Part shown: in pieces, positions 36,601 to 47,830 of the stretch
Numbering within the stretch: position 1 is the stretch's first letter
Layout: each line of letters opens with the position of its first letter
The notes under the pieces: generated by a model
Databases searched by the model: none
What the model was told of the DNA's origin: nothing
What the model saw: the letters and a program-made list of their open reading frames with translations, nothing else
From: Mustelus asterias
Taxonomy: Eukaryota
Direction of reading: 5' to 3'
NCBI RefSeq assembly: GCF_964213995.1
Contig: NW_027590159.1
Span: 1 to 64,000 of the forward strand
DNA: 64,000 bases
Translations under genes and position numbers: made by a program

Positions 36601-39600
36601 AGCCAATAAGGAGCCATTTGGGAACTATGGTTTCGGAAGGTTCAGCCGCGGAAGGTGTGACCGCAGACGGTGCAGCCCCAGTGGGTGTGATTTTGGAAGT
36701 TCTGGCCCGGAGTGGTGGACTTTGGAGGACTGTAGTTGAGCGTTGTCGACTTCGGACGGTGGAATGTTGATGGGCGAAGCTCTGGAAGGCGATGCCTCCG
36801 AAATGTTTCACAATTGTATGGTTGTTCATGGATTGTTTGTTATTGTAATATGTGGTTTTCCTGTTATGATAGTTGGTGGTTTGTTCCGGCCCCCGTCTAT
36901 TTTCTTGCGGTATTTGTGGCCTGGGGGGCATCCCCCCCTGGATAAAGTCACCCCCGGGGGGTGTGACATCCACTTGGGGAAAGTTCTGGGTGGTGAAGCC
37001 CCGGACATAGTAACACCAGAGGGATTTTTATTCTCCGGGAGAAAAATTGGGAAGGCAGGCCCGAATTGAGTACCCTGGAGAGACTCTCCCACCGCCCCGG
37101 CTGAAATTCCGGAAGGGATTCCGGATTGAGTAGGCGGGGTGGTTTCCCCCATTTCCCCCCTCCGGCTGAACATCCGTAAGGTGTAACCCCCGGATATGAG
37201 TACCACTGGAGGGTTGCATCCCCCGGCAGGTGGACAAACCCAGGGGACGGTGCCCTTATGCTTCAGTGTTTATTTTTTGTTGTGTACAGTTGTAGTGTTG
37301 TGTTAATGTTTGTAGATTTGTAGATTATGATTTGTAAATGGAGGTGTATTTTGAGGGCAATGCCCTGGAAAACTGTAATTGATGATGAACCCTTCCGAAA
37401 TGGAAGGTAGTAATTGATAAATGGATGGTGTTAGCCATCGGTAATGTATTTTTCAGATTTGTTCTTTGTTCATTTGTAATTGTTTTGTAATATCGTGTTT
37501 GTACTAACCAACGGAAAATCTTTGCATTGTTTGTGGCCTGGGGGGTATCCCCCCCCCCCCCTGGATAGAGTGACCCCCGGGGGGTGTGACATCCAGTTGG
37601 GGAAAGTGTCCGGGGCACCCAGAGGGGTAACACCGGGGGGGTTTTGTTCTCCGGGAGAAAAATTGGGAAGGCAGGCCGAATTGAGTATCCCGGAGAGCTT
37701 TTCCCACCGCCCCAGCCGAAAATCCGGAAGGCAGTCCGGATTGAGTAGGTTCGGGGTGGTTTTCCTGTCCCCCCGCCTCCAGTCGAACATCCGTCAGGTG
37801 GAACCCCCGGACCTGAGTACCTCTGGAGGGTTGCATCCCCCGGCAGGGGAAAAACCCAGGGGACGGTGCCCTTATGCTTCAGTGTTTATTTTTTTGTTGT
37901 GTACAGTTGTAGTGTTGTGTTAATGTTTGTAGATTTGTAGATTATGATTTGTAAATGGAGGTGTATTTTGAGGGCAATGCCCTGGAAAACTGTAATTGAC
38001 GATGAACCCTTCCGAAATGGAAGGTAGTAATTGATAAATGGATGGTGTTAGCCATCGGTAATGTATTTTTCATGGATTGTTTGTTATTGTAATATGTGGT
38101 TATCCTGTTATGGTAGTTGGTGGTTTGTTCCGGCCCCCGTCTATTTTCTTGCGTTATTTGTGGCCTGGGGGGCATCCCCCCCTGGATAAAGTCACCCCCG
38201 GGGGGTGTGACATCCACTTGGGGAAAGTTCTGGGTGGTGAAGCCCCGGACATAGTAACACCAGAGGGATTTTTATTCTCCGGGAGAAAAATTGGGAAGGC
38301 AGGCCCGAACTGAGTACCCTGGAGAGACTCTCCCACCGCCCCGGCTGAAATTCCGGAAGGGATTCCGGATTGAGTAGGCGGGGTGGTTTCCCCCATTTCC
38401 CCCCTCCGGCTGAACATCCGTAAGGTGTAACCCCCGGATATGAGTAGCACTGGAGGGTTGCATCCCCCGGCAGGTGGACAAACCCAGGGGACGGTGCCCT
38501 TATGCTTCAGTGTTTATTTTTTGTTGTGTACAGTTGTAGTGTTGTGTTAATGCTTGTAGATTTGTAGATTATGATTTGTAAATGGAGGTGTATTTTGAGG
38601 GCAATGCCCTGGAAAACTGTAATTGACGATGAACCCTTCCGAAATGGAAGGTAGTAACTGATAAATGGATGGCGTTAGCCATTGGTAATGTATTTTTTCA
38701 CATTTGTTCTTTGTGTATTTGTAATTGTTTTGTATTAACGTATTTGTAATAAACAAAAAGAAACCAACATCTGTGAGTGGGAAAGATTGGATTGTCCAGC
38801 CAGTCCACCATATTGGCCGTTCGCTTTGCGTGTTGGCCAGTATAGTGTGCTCCAGGCAGGGGGCGGGCAGAGGATAAGGAGTTCAAGGCGGGCTTAATGC
38901 GCGCCTTGCGGTGAGCTTTTGGAAATGTGGCCGCTGGGAGGAACGCCTTGGTCGGCGTGAAGTTTCTGTTTCAAGTGCTTGGGTTCGTGACTTGTGCAAG
39001 AACTTTTTGTTTCGGCTGGGGCTTGTTGAATGCTGCTCTCGCTGGGATTCCTGTGCCTTGAAAGGCGTGGCCCAGGTAGATGCAATCTCGGAAGACCCAA
39101 GCCAGGGAGGAGCCATTTGGGAACTATGGTTTCGGAAGGTTCAGCCGCGGAAGGTGTGACCCCAGACGGTGCAGCCCCAGTGGGTGTGATTTTGGAAGTT
39201 CTGGCCCGGAGTGGTGAACTTTGGAGGACTGTAGTTGAGCGTTGTCGACTTCGGACGGTGGAATGTTGATGGGCGAAGCTCTGGAAGGCGATGCCTCCGA
39301 AATGTTTCACAATTGTATGGTTGTTCATGGATTGTTTGTTATTGTAATATGTGGTTTTCCTGTTATGATAGTTGGTGGTTTGTTCCGGCCCCCGTCTATT
39401 TTCTTGCGTTATTTGTGGCCTGGGGGGCATCCCCCCCTGGATAAAGTCACCCCCGGGGGGTGTGACATCCACTTGGGGAAAGTTCTGGGTGGTGAAGCCC
39501 CGGACATAGTAACACCAGAGGGATTTTTATTCTCCGGGAGAAAAATTGGGAAGGCAGGCCCGAACTGAGTACCCTGGAGAGACTCTCCCACCGCCCCGGC

Positions 39601-41897
39601 TGAAATTCCGGAAGGGATTCCGGATTGAGTAGGTTCGGGGTGGTTTCCCCCATTTCCCCCCTCCGGCTGAACATCCGTAAGGTGTAACCCCCGGATATGA
39701 GTACCACTGGAGGGTTGCATCCCCCGGCAGGTGGACAAACCCAGGGGACGGTGCCCTTATGCTTCAGTGTTTATTTTTTGTTGTGTACAGTTGTAGTGTT
39801 GTGTTAATGTTTGTAGATTTGTAGATTATGATTTGTAAATGGAGGTGTATTTTGAGGGCAATGCCCTGGAAAACTGTAATTGATGATGAACCCTTCCGAA
39901 ATGGAAGGTAGTAATTGATAAATGGATGGTGTTAGCCATTGGTAATGTATTTTTCAGATTTGTTCTTTGTTCATTTGTAATTGTTTTGTAATATCGTGTT
40001 TGTACTAACCAACGGAAAATCTTTGCATTGTTTGTGGCCTGGGGGGTATCCCCCTCCCCCCCCCCCTGGATAGAGTGACCCCCGGGGGGTGTGACATCCA
40101 GTTGGGGAAAGTGTCCGGGGCACCCAGAGGGGTAACACCGGGGGGGTTTTGTTCTCCGGGAGAAAAATTGGGAAGGCAGGCCGAATTGAGTATCCCGGAG
40201 AGCTTTTCCCACCGCCCCAGCCGAAAATCCGGAAGGCAGTCCGGATTGAGTAGGTTCGGGGTGGTTTTCCTGTCCCCCCGCCTCCAGTCGAACATCCGTC
40301 AGGTGGAACCCCCGGACCTGAGTACCTCTGGAGGGTTGCATCCCCCGGCAGGGGAAAAACCCAGGGGACGGTGCCCTTATGCTTCAGTGTTTATTTTTTG
40401 TTGTGTACAGTTGTAGTGTTGTGTTAATGTTTGTAGATTTGTAGATTATGATTTGTAAATGGAGGTGTATTTTGAGGGCAATGCCCTGGAAAACTGTAAT
40501 TGATGATGAACCCTTCCGAAATGGAAGGTAGTAACTGATAAATGGATGGCGTTAGCCACTGGTAATGTATTTTTTTCACATTTGTTCTTTGTGTATTTGT
40601 AATTGTTTTGTATTAACGTATTTGTAATAAACAAAAAGAAACCAACATCTGTGAGTGGGAAAGATTGGATTGTCCAGCCAGTCCACCATATTGGCCGTTC
40701 GCTTTGCGTGTTGGCCAGTATAGTGTGCTCCAGGCAGGGGGCGGGCAGAGGATAAGGAGTTCAAGGCGGGCTTAATGCGCGCCTTGCGGTGAGCTTTTGG
40801 AAATGTGGCCGCTGGGAGGAACGCCTTGGTCGGCGTGAAGTTTCTGTTTCAAGTGCTTGGGTTCGTGACTTGTGCAAGAACTTTTTGTTTCGGCTGGGGC
40901 TTGTTGAATGCTGCTCTCGCTGGGATTCCTGTGCCTCGAAAGGCGTGGCCCAGGTAGATGCAATCTCGGAAGACCCAAGCCAATAAGGAGCCATTTGGGA
41001 ACTATGGTTTCGGAAGGTTCAGCCGCGGAAGGTGTGACCGCAGACGGTGCAGCCCCAGTGGGTGTGATTTTGGAAGTTCTGGCCCGGAGTGGTGGACTTT
41101 GGAGGACTGTAGTTGAGCGTTGTCGACTTCGGACGGTGGAATGTTGATGGGCGAAGCTCTGGAAGGCGATGCCTCCGAAATGTTTCACAATTGTATGGTT
41201 GTTCATGGATTGTTTGTTATTGTAATATGTGGTTTTCTTGTTATGATAGTTGGTGGTTTGTTCCGGCCCCCGTCTATTTTCTTGCGGTATTTGTGGCCTG
41301 GGGGGCATCCCCCCCTGGATAAAGTCACCCCCGGGGGGTGTGACATCCACTTGGGGAAAGTTCTGGGTGGTGAAGCCCCGGACATAGTAACACCAGAGGG
41401 ATTTTTATTCTCCGGGAGAAAAATTGGGAAGGCAGGCCCGAACTGAGTACCCTGGAGAGACTCTCCCACCGCCCCGGCTGAAATTCCGGAAGGGATTCCG
41501 GATTGAGTAGGCGGGGTGGTTTCCCCATTTCCCCCCTCCGGCTGAACATCCGTAAGGTGTAACCCCCGGATATGAGTACCACTGGAGGGTTGCATCCCCC
41601 GGCAGGTGGACAAACCCAGGGGACGGTGCCCTTATGCTTCAGTGTTTATTTTTTGTTGTGTACAGTTGTAGTGTTGTGTTAATGTTTGTAGATTTGTAGA
41701 TTATGATTTGTAAATGGAGGTGTATTTTGAGGGCAACATGCACTGGAAAACTGTAATTGACGATGAACCCTTCCGAAATGGAAGGTAGTAACTGATAAAT
41801 GGATGGCGTTAGCCATTGGTAATGTATTTTTTCACATTTGTTCTTTGTGTATTTGTAATTGTTTTGTATTAACGTATTTGTAATAAACAAAAAGAAA
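30641..41897 (+). repeat. Tandem array of six non-coding retroelement-like units (1.24-2.5 kb), starting at 30641, 32525, 34402, 36280, 38779 and 40657
   Basis: Each unit has a ~550-bp head, 1-3 copies of a ~620-bp module and a tail ending AATAAACAAAAAGAAA, and is preceded by C(C/A)ACATCTGTGAGT. No recognisable protein ORF. Confidence 0.9.
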
Positions 41898-42011
41898 CCA
41901 ACAGTGTTGTTGTGTGTGTTAGCAGCATTGAATTTGCTGCTGCAAATCGTCAACATTTCTTTGCATGTGAAAGCACTGGTTGAAAGAACTGAGCAGCTTT
42001 CTCTGCCCTGT

Positions 42012-42082
42012 GCATTGGTGGTTCAGTGGTAGAATTCTTGCCTGTCATGCGGGAGGCCTGGGTTCGATTCCTGGGCAATGCA
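42012..42082 (+). tRNA. tRNA-Gly(GCC)-derived gene/pseudogene with anticodon changed to GTC
   Basis: GCATTGGTGGTTCAGTGGTAGAATTCTTGCCT-GTC-ATGCGGGAGGCCTGGGTTCGATTCCTGGGCAATGCA. The body is the vertebrate tRNA-Gly-GCC with CpG decay; A/B boxes are intact and a TTTT follows at about 42093. Confidence 0.85.
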
Positions 42083-42893
42083 AAGCCGCTTCTTTTACCT
42101 TAAAAGAGGCCCACATCTGTGAGTAAAACACTTTCTTTTCTCCCCCTTTCCATTTCTTTTCTCATTCTGGGGGAAATTGGGAACTTGCAGCAACTGAAGG
42201 GAAAGGAAGTGAATCCAGTCTGTACATTCCACACATTGTTAGCCCAGTCAGATAGACAAATATCTGTCTGGCAGCCTGCATGGAGATTTTCAGCTCTCTG
42301 TGTCCAGGAGAGGAAGCAGTGAGCACGGATCTGTTAATCAGCCTCAATCAGCACCTTCAGGAGAATTGGGAGGGTGAATATTAGATACAGCAGAGTGAGA
42401 ATGGAGGGAGAGTGTGTGGGATGGAGATTTACAGCTTTTCGGGAATGAGAGAGGAAAGAATGTTCCATAGAAACTAGAATTGTCTGTTCTGAATTTCTAT
42501 CCTGTGCTGACATTGATGAATTTTTCAAACTCGTTTACAGGATATGAGAAGGTGAGGATTGACAGACAGAGGATTGAAACAAACATCACATCAGCATCTG
42601 ACACCCTCACTCAATTCATCGGACCTGAATATTATCGGCCTTTGAATCCTGGAGAAATGTTTCTCTGTTCTGTCTGCGTCAACAGGCCTTTAATATCAAT
42701 GTGACTGGAAAAGCACCAAGACACAGATACACCCGAGTGGGAGTGTTCCAGTGCACTGAGTGTGGAAAGAGCTTTAACCAGTTACACAGCCTGAAAATAC
42801 ATCGCAGCATTCACAGCGGGAGAGACTGTACCCGTGTTCTGTGTGAGATTTAACTGATTGTTTAACCTGGAGAGTCACAAGGACACCTGCACC

Positions 42894-44324
42894 ATGGAGA
42901 AACCGTGGAAATGTGGGGACTGTGGGAAGAGATACAGAGCCCCCTGTAAACTGGAAATTCATCGACGCAATCACACCGAGGAGAGGCCATTCATCTGCTC
43001 TGTGTGTGGGCAGAGATTCACTCGGTTATCTCATCTGCAGCGACATCAGCAGGTTCACACTGGAGAAAGAGCGTTCATCTGCTTTGAGTGTGGGAACGGA
43101 TTCGCTCATTTACCCGATCTGCAGAGACACCAGCGCGTTCACACTGGAGAGAGACCATTCACCTGCTTGGTGTGTGGGAAAGGATTTATGCAGTTATCCA
43201 ATCTGTCAAAACACAAAGTCACTCACAGCAATGAGAGACCCTTTAAATGCTCTGACTGTGGGCGTGATTTCAAAAGCTCTCGGGAACTGATGATTCACCA
43301 GCGCGTTCATACTGGGGAGAGACCGTTCAGCTGCTTGGTGTGTGGGAAAGGATTGACGCAGTTATCTAACCTGTCAAAACACAAAGTCACTCACAGCCAG
43401 GAGAGACCCTTTAAATGCTCTGACTGTGGGAGTGGTTTCAAAAGCTCTCGGGAACTGATTATCCACCAGCGCATTCACACTGGGGAGAGACCATTCAGCT
43501 GCTCTCACTGCGCAAAGAAATTTAGAGCATCATCCCACCTGCGGATACACCAGCGAGTTCACACTGGGGAGAGACCGTTCACCTGCTCTGTGTGTGGGAA
43601 GGGATTCACTCAGTCATCCAGCCTGCAGAACCACAATCTCACTCACACCAATGAGAGACCGTTTAAATGTTCTGACTGTGGGCGTGATTTCAAAAGCTCT
43701 CGGGAACTGATGATTCACCAGCGCGTTCATACTGGGGAGAGACCGTTCAGCTGCTTGGTGTGTGGGAAAGGATTGACGCAGTTATCTAACCTGTCAAAAC
43801 ACAAAGTCACTCACAGCCAGGAGAGACCCTTTAAATGCTCTGACTGTGGGAGTGGTTTCAAAAGCTCTCGGGAACTGATTATCCACCAGCGCATTCACAC
43901 TGGGGAGAGACCATTCAGCTGCTCTCACTGCGCAAAGAAATTTAGAGCATCATCCCACCTGCGGATACACCAGCGAGTTCACACTGGGGAGAGACCGTTC
44001 ACCTGCTCTGTGTGTGGGAAGGGATTCACTCAGTCATCCAGCCTGCAGAACCACAATCTCACTCACACCAATGAGAGACCGTTTAAATGTTCTGACTGTG
44101 GGCGTGATTTCAAAAGCTCTCGGGAACTGATGATCCACCAGCGCACTCACACTGGGGAGAGACCGTTCAGCTGCTCTCACTGCTCAAAGAGATTTAGAAC
44201 ATCATCCCACCTGCAGATACACCAGCGAGTTCACACTGGGGAGAGACTGTTCACTTGCTGTGTGTGTGGGAAGGGATTCACTCAGTCATCCAGCCTGCGG
44301 ACACACCAGCAAGTTCACAAGTGA
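42894..44324 (+). CDS. KRAB-less C2H2 zinc-finger protein, 17 fingers (gastrula zinc finger XlCGF-like)
   Basis: MEKPWKCGDCGK... with HTGERPF linkers, intact ORF. Upstream non-coding exon donor CATCT|gtgagt at 42118/42119 and acceptor tttacag|G at 42540. Confidence 0.9.
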   Translation: MEKPWKCGDCGKRYRAPCKLEIHRRNHTEERPFICSVCGQRFTRLSHLQRHQQVHTGERAFICFECGNGFAHLPDLQRHQRVHTGERPFTCLVCGKGFMQLSNLSKHKVTHSNERPFKCSDCGRDFKSSRELMIHQRVHTGERPFSCLVCGKGLTQLSNLSKHKVTHSQERPFKCSDCGSGFKSSRELIIHQRIHTGERPFSCSHCAKKFRASSHLRIHQRVHTGERPFTCSVCGKGFTQSSSLQNHNLTHTNERPFKCSDCGRDFKSSRELMIHQRVHTGERPFSCLVCGKGLTQLSNLSKHKVTHSQERPFKCSDCGSGFKSSRELIIHQRIHTGERPFSCSHCAKKFRASSHLRIHQRVHTGERPFTCSVCGKGFTQSSSLQNHNLTHTNERPFKCSDCGRDFKSSRELMIHQRTHTGERPFSCSHCSKRFRTSSHLQIHQRVHTGERLFTCCVCGKGFTQSSSLRTHQQVHK

Positions 44325-44734
44325 TGACGGGTTGGATTCTGCTGTTATTCCTGCCATTAATCACATCCAGGAGTGAACCATGTTTATTCTTATAGTTGGT
44401 GAAGTGGAAGGGTAGGAGAGATTCTTTCTGCTGGACTGGCCGATCGCACGACTTTGCTTCCAGTGGGGCTAATGCTCTTTGAGCCTGGGAGAGCACATTG
44501 CCACTGAAATGATCCACAAAAGCTGATGAAGGACATTTACTTTATCCTGGATAGTAAATAGTGTTTTTCCCCCCACTACAGGTAGGTCTAAAATAAATAC
44601 AGAAAGGACTGGAAAAACGCAGCAGGTCTGGCAGCATCTCTGGAGAGAGAAACAGAGTTAACATTTCACACTACTGGATTGGGAATCAATCTCGTAAATC
44701 TCCTCTGAACTGCTTCCATGGTATTTATAAAATG

Positions 44735-45056
44735 GGGCAGCACGGCAGCACAGTGGTTAGCACTGCTGCATCATAACACCAGGGACCCAGGTTCAATTCC
44801 AGCCTGGGTCACTGTCTGTGTGGAGTTTGCACGTTCTCCCCATGTCTGTGTGGGTTTCATCCGGGTGCTCCGGTTTCCTCCCACAGTCCAAAGATGTGTG
44901 GGTTAGGTGGATTGGCCATGCTAAATTGACCCTTGTGTCGGGGGGATTAGCAGGGTAAATGTGTGGGGTTATGGGAATAGGGCCTGGGTGGGATGCTGTT
45001 TGGTACAGACTCGATGGACAGAACGGCCTCTGTCTGTACTGTAGGGATTCTACGAT
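44735..45056 (+). mobile_element. Shark tRNA-derived SINE (HE1-like), full length
   Basis: GGGCAGCACGGCAGCACAGTGGTTAGCACTGCTG...GGTTCAATTCC...CCCACAGTCCAAAGATGTG...CTGTAGGGATTCTACGAT. Confidence 0.85.
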
Positions 45057-45629
45057 CCTTTGTTTAATTGGAGACAAAGCTGCACCCAGTGTTCAAGATG
45101 CAGTCTCAGTAACGCCCTGTATAACTGAAGCAGAATATCTACTTCTATGTTCAATTTCTCTCATAATAAAGGATAGCATTCCATTTGTGAGAATGTTGAT
45201 TTATTTGAACTAAGACTTATGAGGTTCTCTTGTTTACAATAACTCCATAACTGTAAATCACACCAGGTTCCAGTGACTTAACCATGTGGCTCGAAAGAAT
45301 ACTTTAAATGGTGAATTCAGGAAGTTTATTAACCATTAAAAATGTAACAAGTCAGAAAGATAAAAAAGGAAAGTATCGATTAACAGTAAGAGAAAGCTCA
45401 GCTTTAACAATTGAATGTATGAACTTATGAAATGTTATGGGGAGAAGCAGGAACTAGGGATGAGGAGCATATCAGCCATGATCGAATGATTCGATGGGCC
45501 GAATGGCCTAATTCTGCTCCAAGATCTTATGAACAGATTTCTCTCTATCCTTTTCAGACCAGGACATGAAGTGATGGCTCCGAAACCATGGATAACTTGT
45601 AAAATCAACAGCTCCCAACACCTCTCTGT

Positions 45630-46088
45630 AGGGCACAGTGGTTTGCACTGCTGCCTCACAGCGCCAGGGACCTGGGTTCGACTCCCGGCTTGGGTCACAG
45701 TCTGCACATTCTCCCCGTGTCTGCGTGGGTTTCCTTCGGGTGCTTCGGTTTCCTCCTACAGTCCGAAAGACATGCTGGTTTTCAGAGTAACTTCAATGCA
45801 GTGTTAATGTAAGCCGACTTGTGACACTAATAAATGAAGTTCCTGGGAAAATCCCCGAGTCACCGCACTCTGGCATCTGTTCGGGTACACTGAGGGAGAA
45901 TTTAGCATGGTCAATGCACCTAACCAGCACATCTTTCGGACTGTGGGAGGAAACCAGAGCTCCCGGAAGAAAACCCGGCAGACATGGGAACAACGTGCAA
46001 AATCCACAGAGTCTCCCAAGCCGGGAATCAAACCGAGGTCCCTGGTGCTGAGGCAACAGAGCTAACCAGTGTACCACCGGGCCACCCT
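45630..46088. mobile_element. Two shark SINE copies in opposite orientation
   Basis: Plus-strand head at 45630 and minus-strand head at about 46085. Confidence 0.7.
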
Positions 46089-46929
46089 AACAAGTCTTGT
46101 CATGTTTTTTTCTATTCTGTTGGCATCAGAAGGCAATATCTTATAATTCCCACACATTTTAACCATTCTTATTATGTTTATAATTCTAAAAGTTAAGAAC
46201 TTTTGTGTTCAAATTTACATTTCCATCCTAACAACTGTATTAATGAATCATTCATTCTTTAATTATCTCTCAATTCAGGCTGTCCATTTAACTATTCTCC
46301 TGCTTTACAATTGTGGGAACTTCAGTCCACAGATAAGGTAGTCAAATGCATTGTTAAAAGCAGGATGTTCTTTATATAAATAAATAACAACGATTAAAAA
46401 TCATTGGAAAACAAAAGGAAACAGGAGCATTGGAATCAGCCTGGACTTGCAGACTGAAACCCCGCCCAAAACCCGCACGTGCTCAGAAGGGAGAGAGGTT
46501 GAGGAGAACACTCTGTAACACTTCTCCTCCCCTTAAATTTCAATCCCCCATCAGGACAGAAATACAACAAAGTAATGTCTTTAACAATACGGAAGTCTGT
46601 CAGGAGCTTTGTGGTTTCATTGCGACCTGTACAATACCACTGGTAAATCTTGTAATGGTGTTTCTGGAATGGGAGGTGAAGAGGTAGTTTGAGAATCTGT
46701 ACATGAACATTCCTCTTCCACTCCCACAGCAGAGTCAACTGGCAAAGCTGGAACCATTTCCTGGTGAACATCCACAGCAGCATGATCCTCTGCCATGTTC
46801 TCAGTAATGGTTGCTGACTCTGAAACTGTTCCTGACTCGGGGTCACACCGCAAGTGAATATGGTCTTGGTGTCTGCGAACAACTCTTCCGTTTCACAGTC
46901 TCACCACCCAAGATACTGGACCACTTTGG

Positions 46930-47830
46930 TTTAAAATTATTCCCGGTAACCACCTTTAGTTAGTCCCAAAGTTTCTGATGTAAACCTGATCACCCGGTTT
47001 GAACTGCCTCTCTTTGGCGCGGTAGTCCTGTCCCTCCTTCTGCTTCTCTTGTCTCCTGCTCACTTTTGCTCTGAGATCTGGATGAAGCAGATCCAGATGA
47101 GAATTCAACCTTCTACCAAAAAATTCCACAGGAGAGAGTCCGGTTGTGGATTGTGGTGTGATGCGAAACTGGAACAAAAATCTTGAGAGCTTGTTCTTAA
47201 AGTATCGCCTTCCATTCTCTTCAATCCCTCCTTCAGAGTTTGAACAGCTCTTTCTGCGAGACCGTTTGTACAGTCAGAAGTTTAACAACACTAGGTTAAA
47301 GTCCAACAGGTTTATTTGTTAGCAAATGCCACGAGCTAACAAATGCCTTTGCTAACAAATAAATCCGTTGGACTTTAACCTGGTGTTGTTAAACTTCCTA
47401 CTGTGTTTACCCCAGTCCCACACCGGCATCCCCACATCATGAAGACCATTTGTAGCCAGATGAAACGGTGCAGTATGCACATGGCGTAGCCCATTCCTTT
47501 ACAGGAATTCCTGAAACACCTCACTTGTTAACAGAGTGTCGTTATCTGAAACAAGCCAATCTGGTAACCCAGGGCTTGTGAAAATTTGACAGAGCTTCTC
47601 TATTGTCACAGGAGCTGGAATATTACTCATGATCTGTGCTTCCAACCATTTTGAATGCACATTTACAACGACCAAACACATGTGATTCATGAAAGGCCCC
47701 CCAAAGGCCACATTTATTCTGGACCACGGCCTATCAGGCCACTCCCAAGGATGAAGTGGGAATGTACCCAATGTGTTGTGCCTGATTCAATCGACAAACA
47801 GTTTATTGAGTTACGCCAGCGGGGAGAAGC
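46930..47830 (-). mobile_element. Gypsy LTR-retrotransposon integrase remnant, interrupted by a Penelope fragment at ~47275-47440
   Basis: LHPWEWPDRPWSRI...GPF...LVVVNVHSKWLE...GLPDWLVSDN...SEVFQEFL and FRITPQSTTGLSPVE...LDLLHP...FKPGDQVYIRNF. Confidence 0.85.

Noticed and set aside
30641-41897. Recurrent 60-190 aa ORFs on both strands of the array, and a possible CRISPR-like or rDNA-like array
   Set aside because: The ORFs recur only because the DNA is repeated, vary by frameshifts between units and show no domain motif. There are no unique spacers and no rRNA, snRNA or histone similarity.
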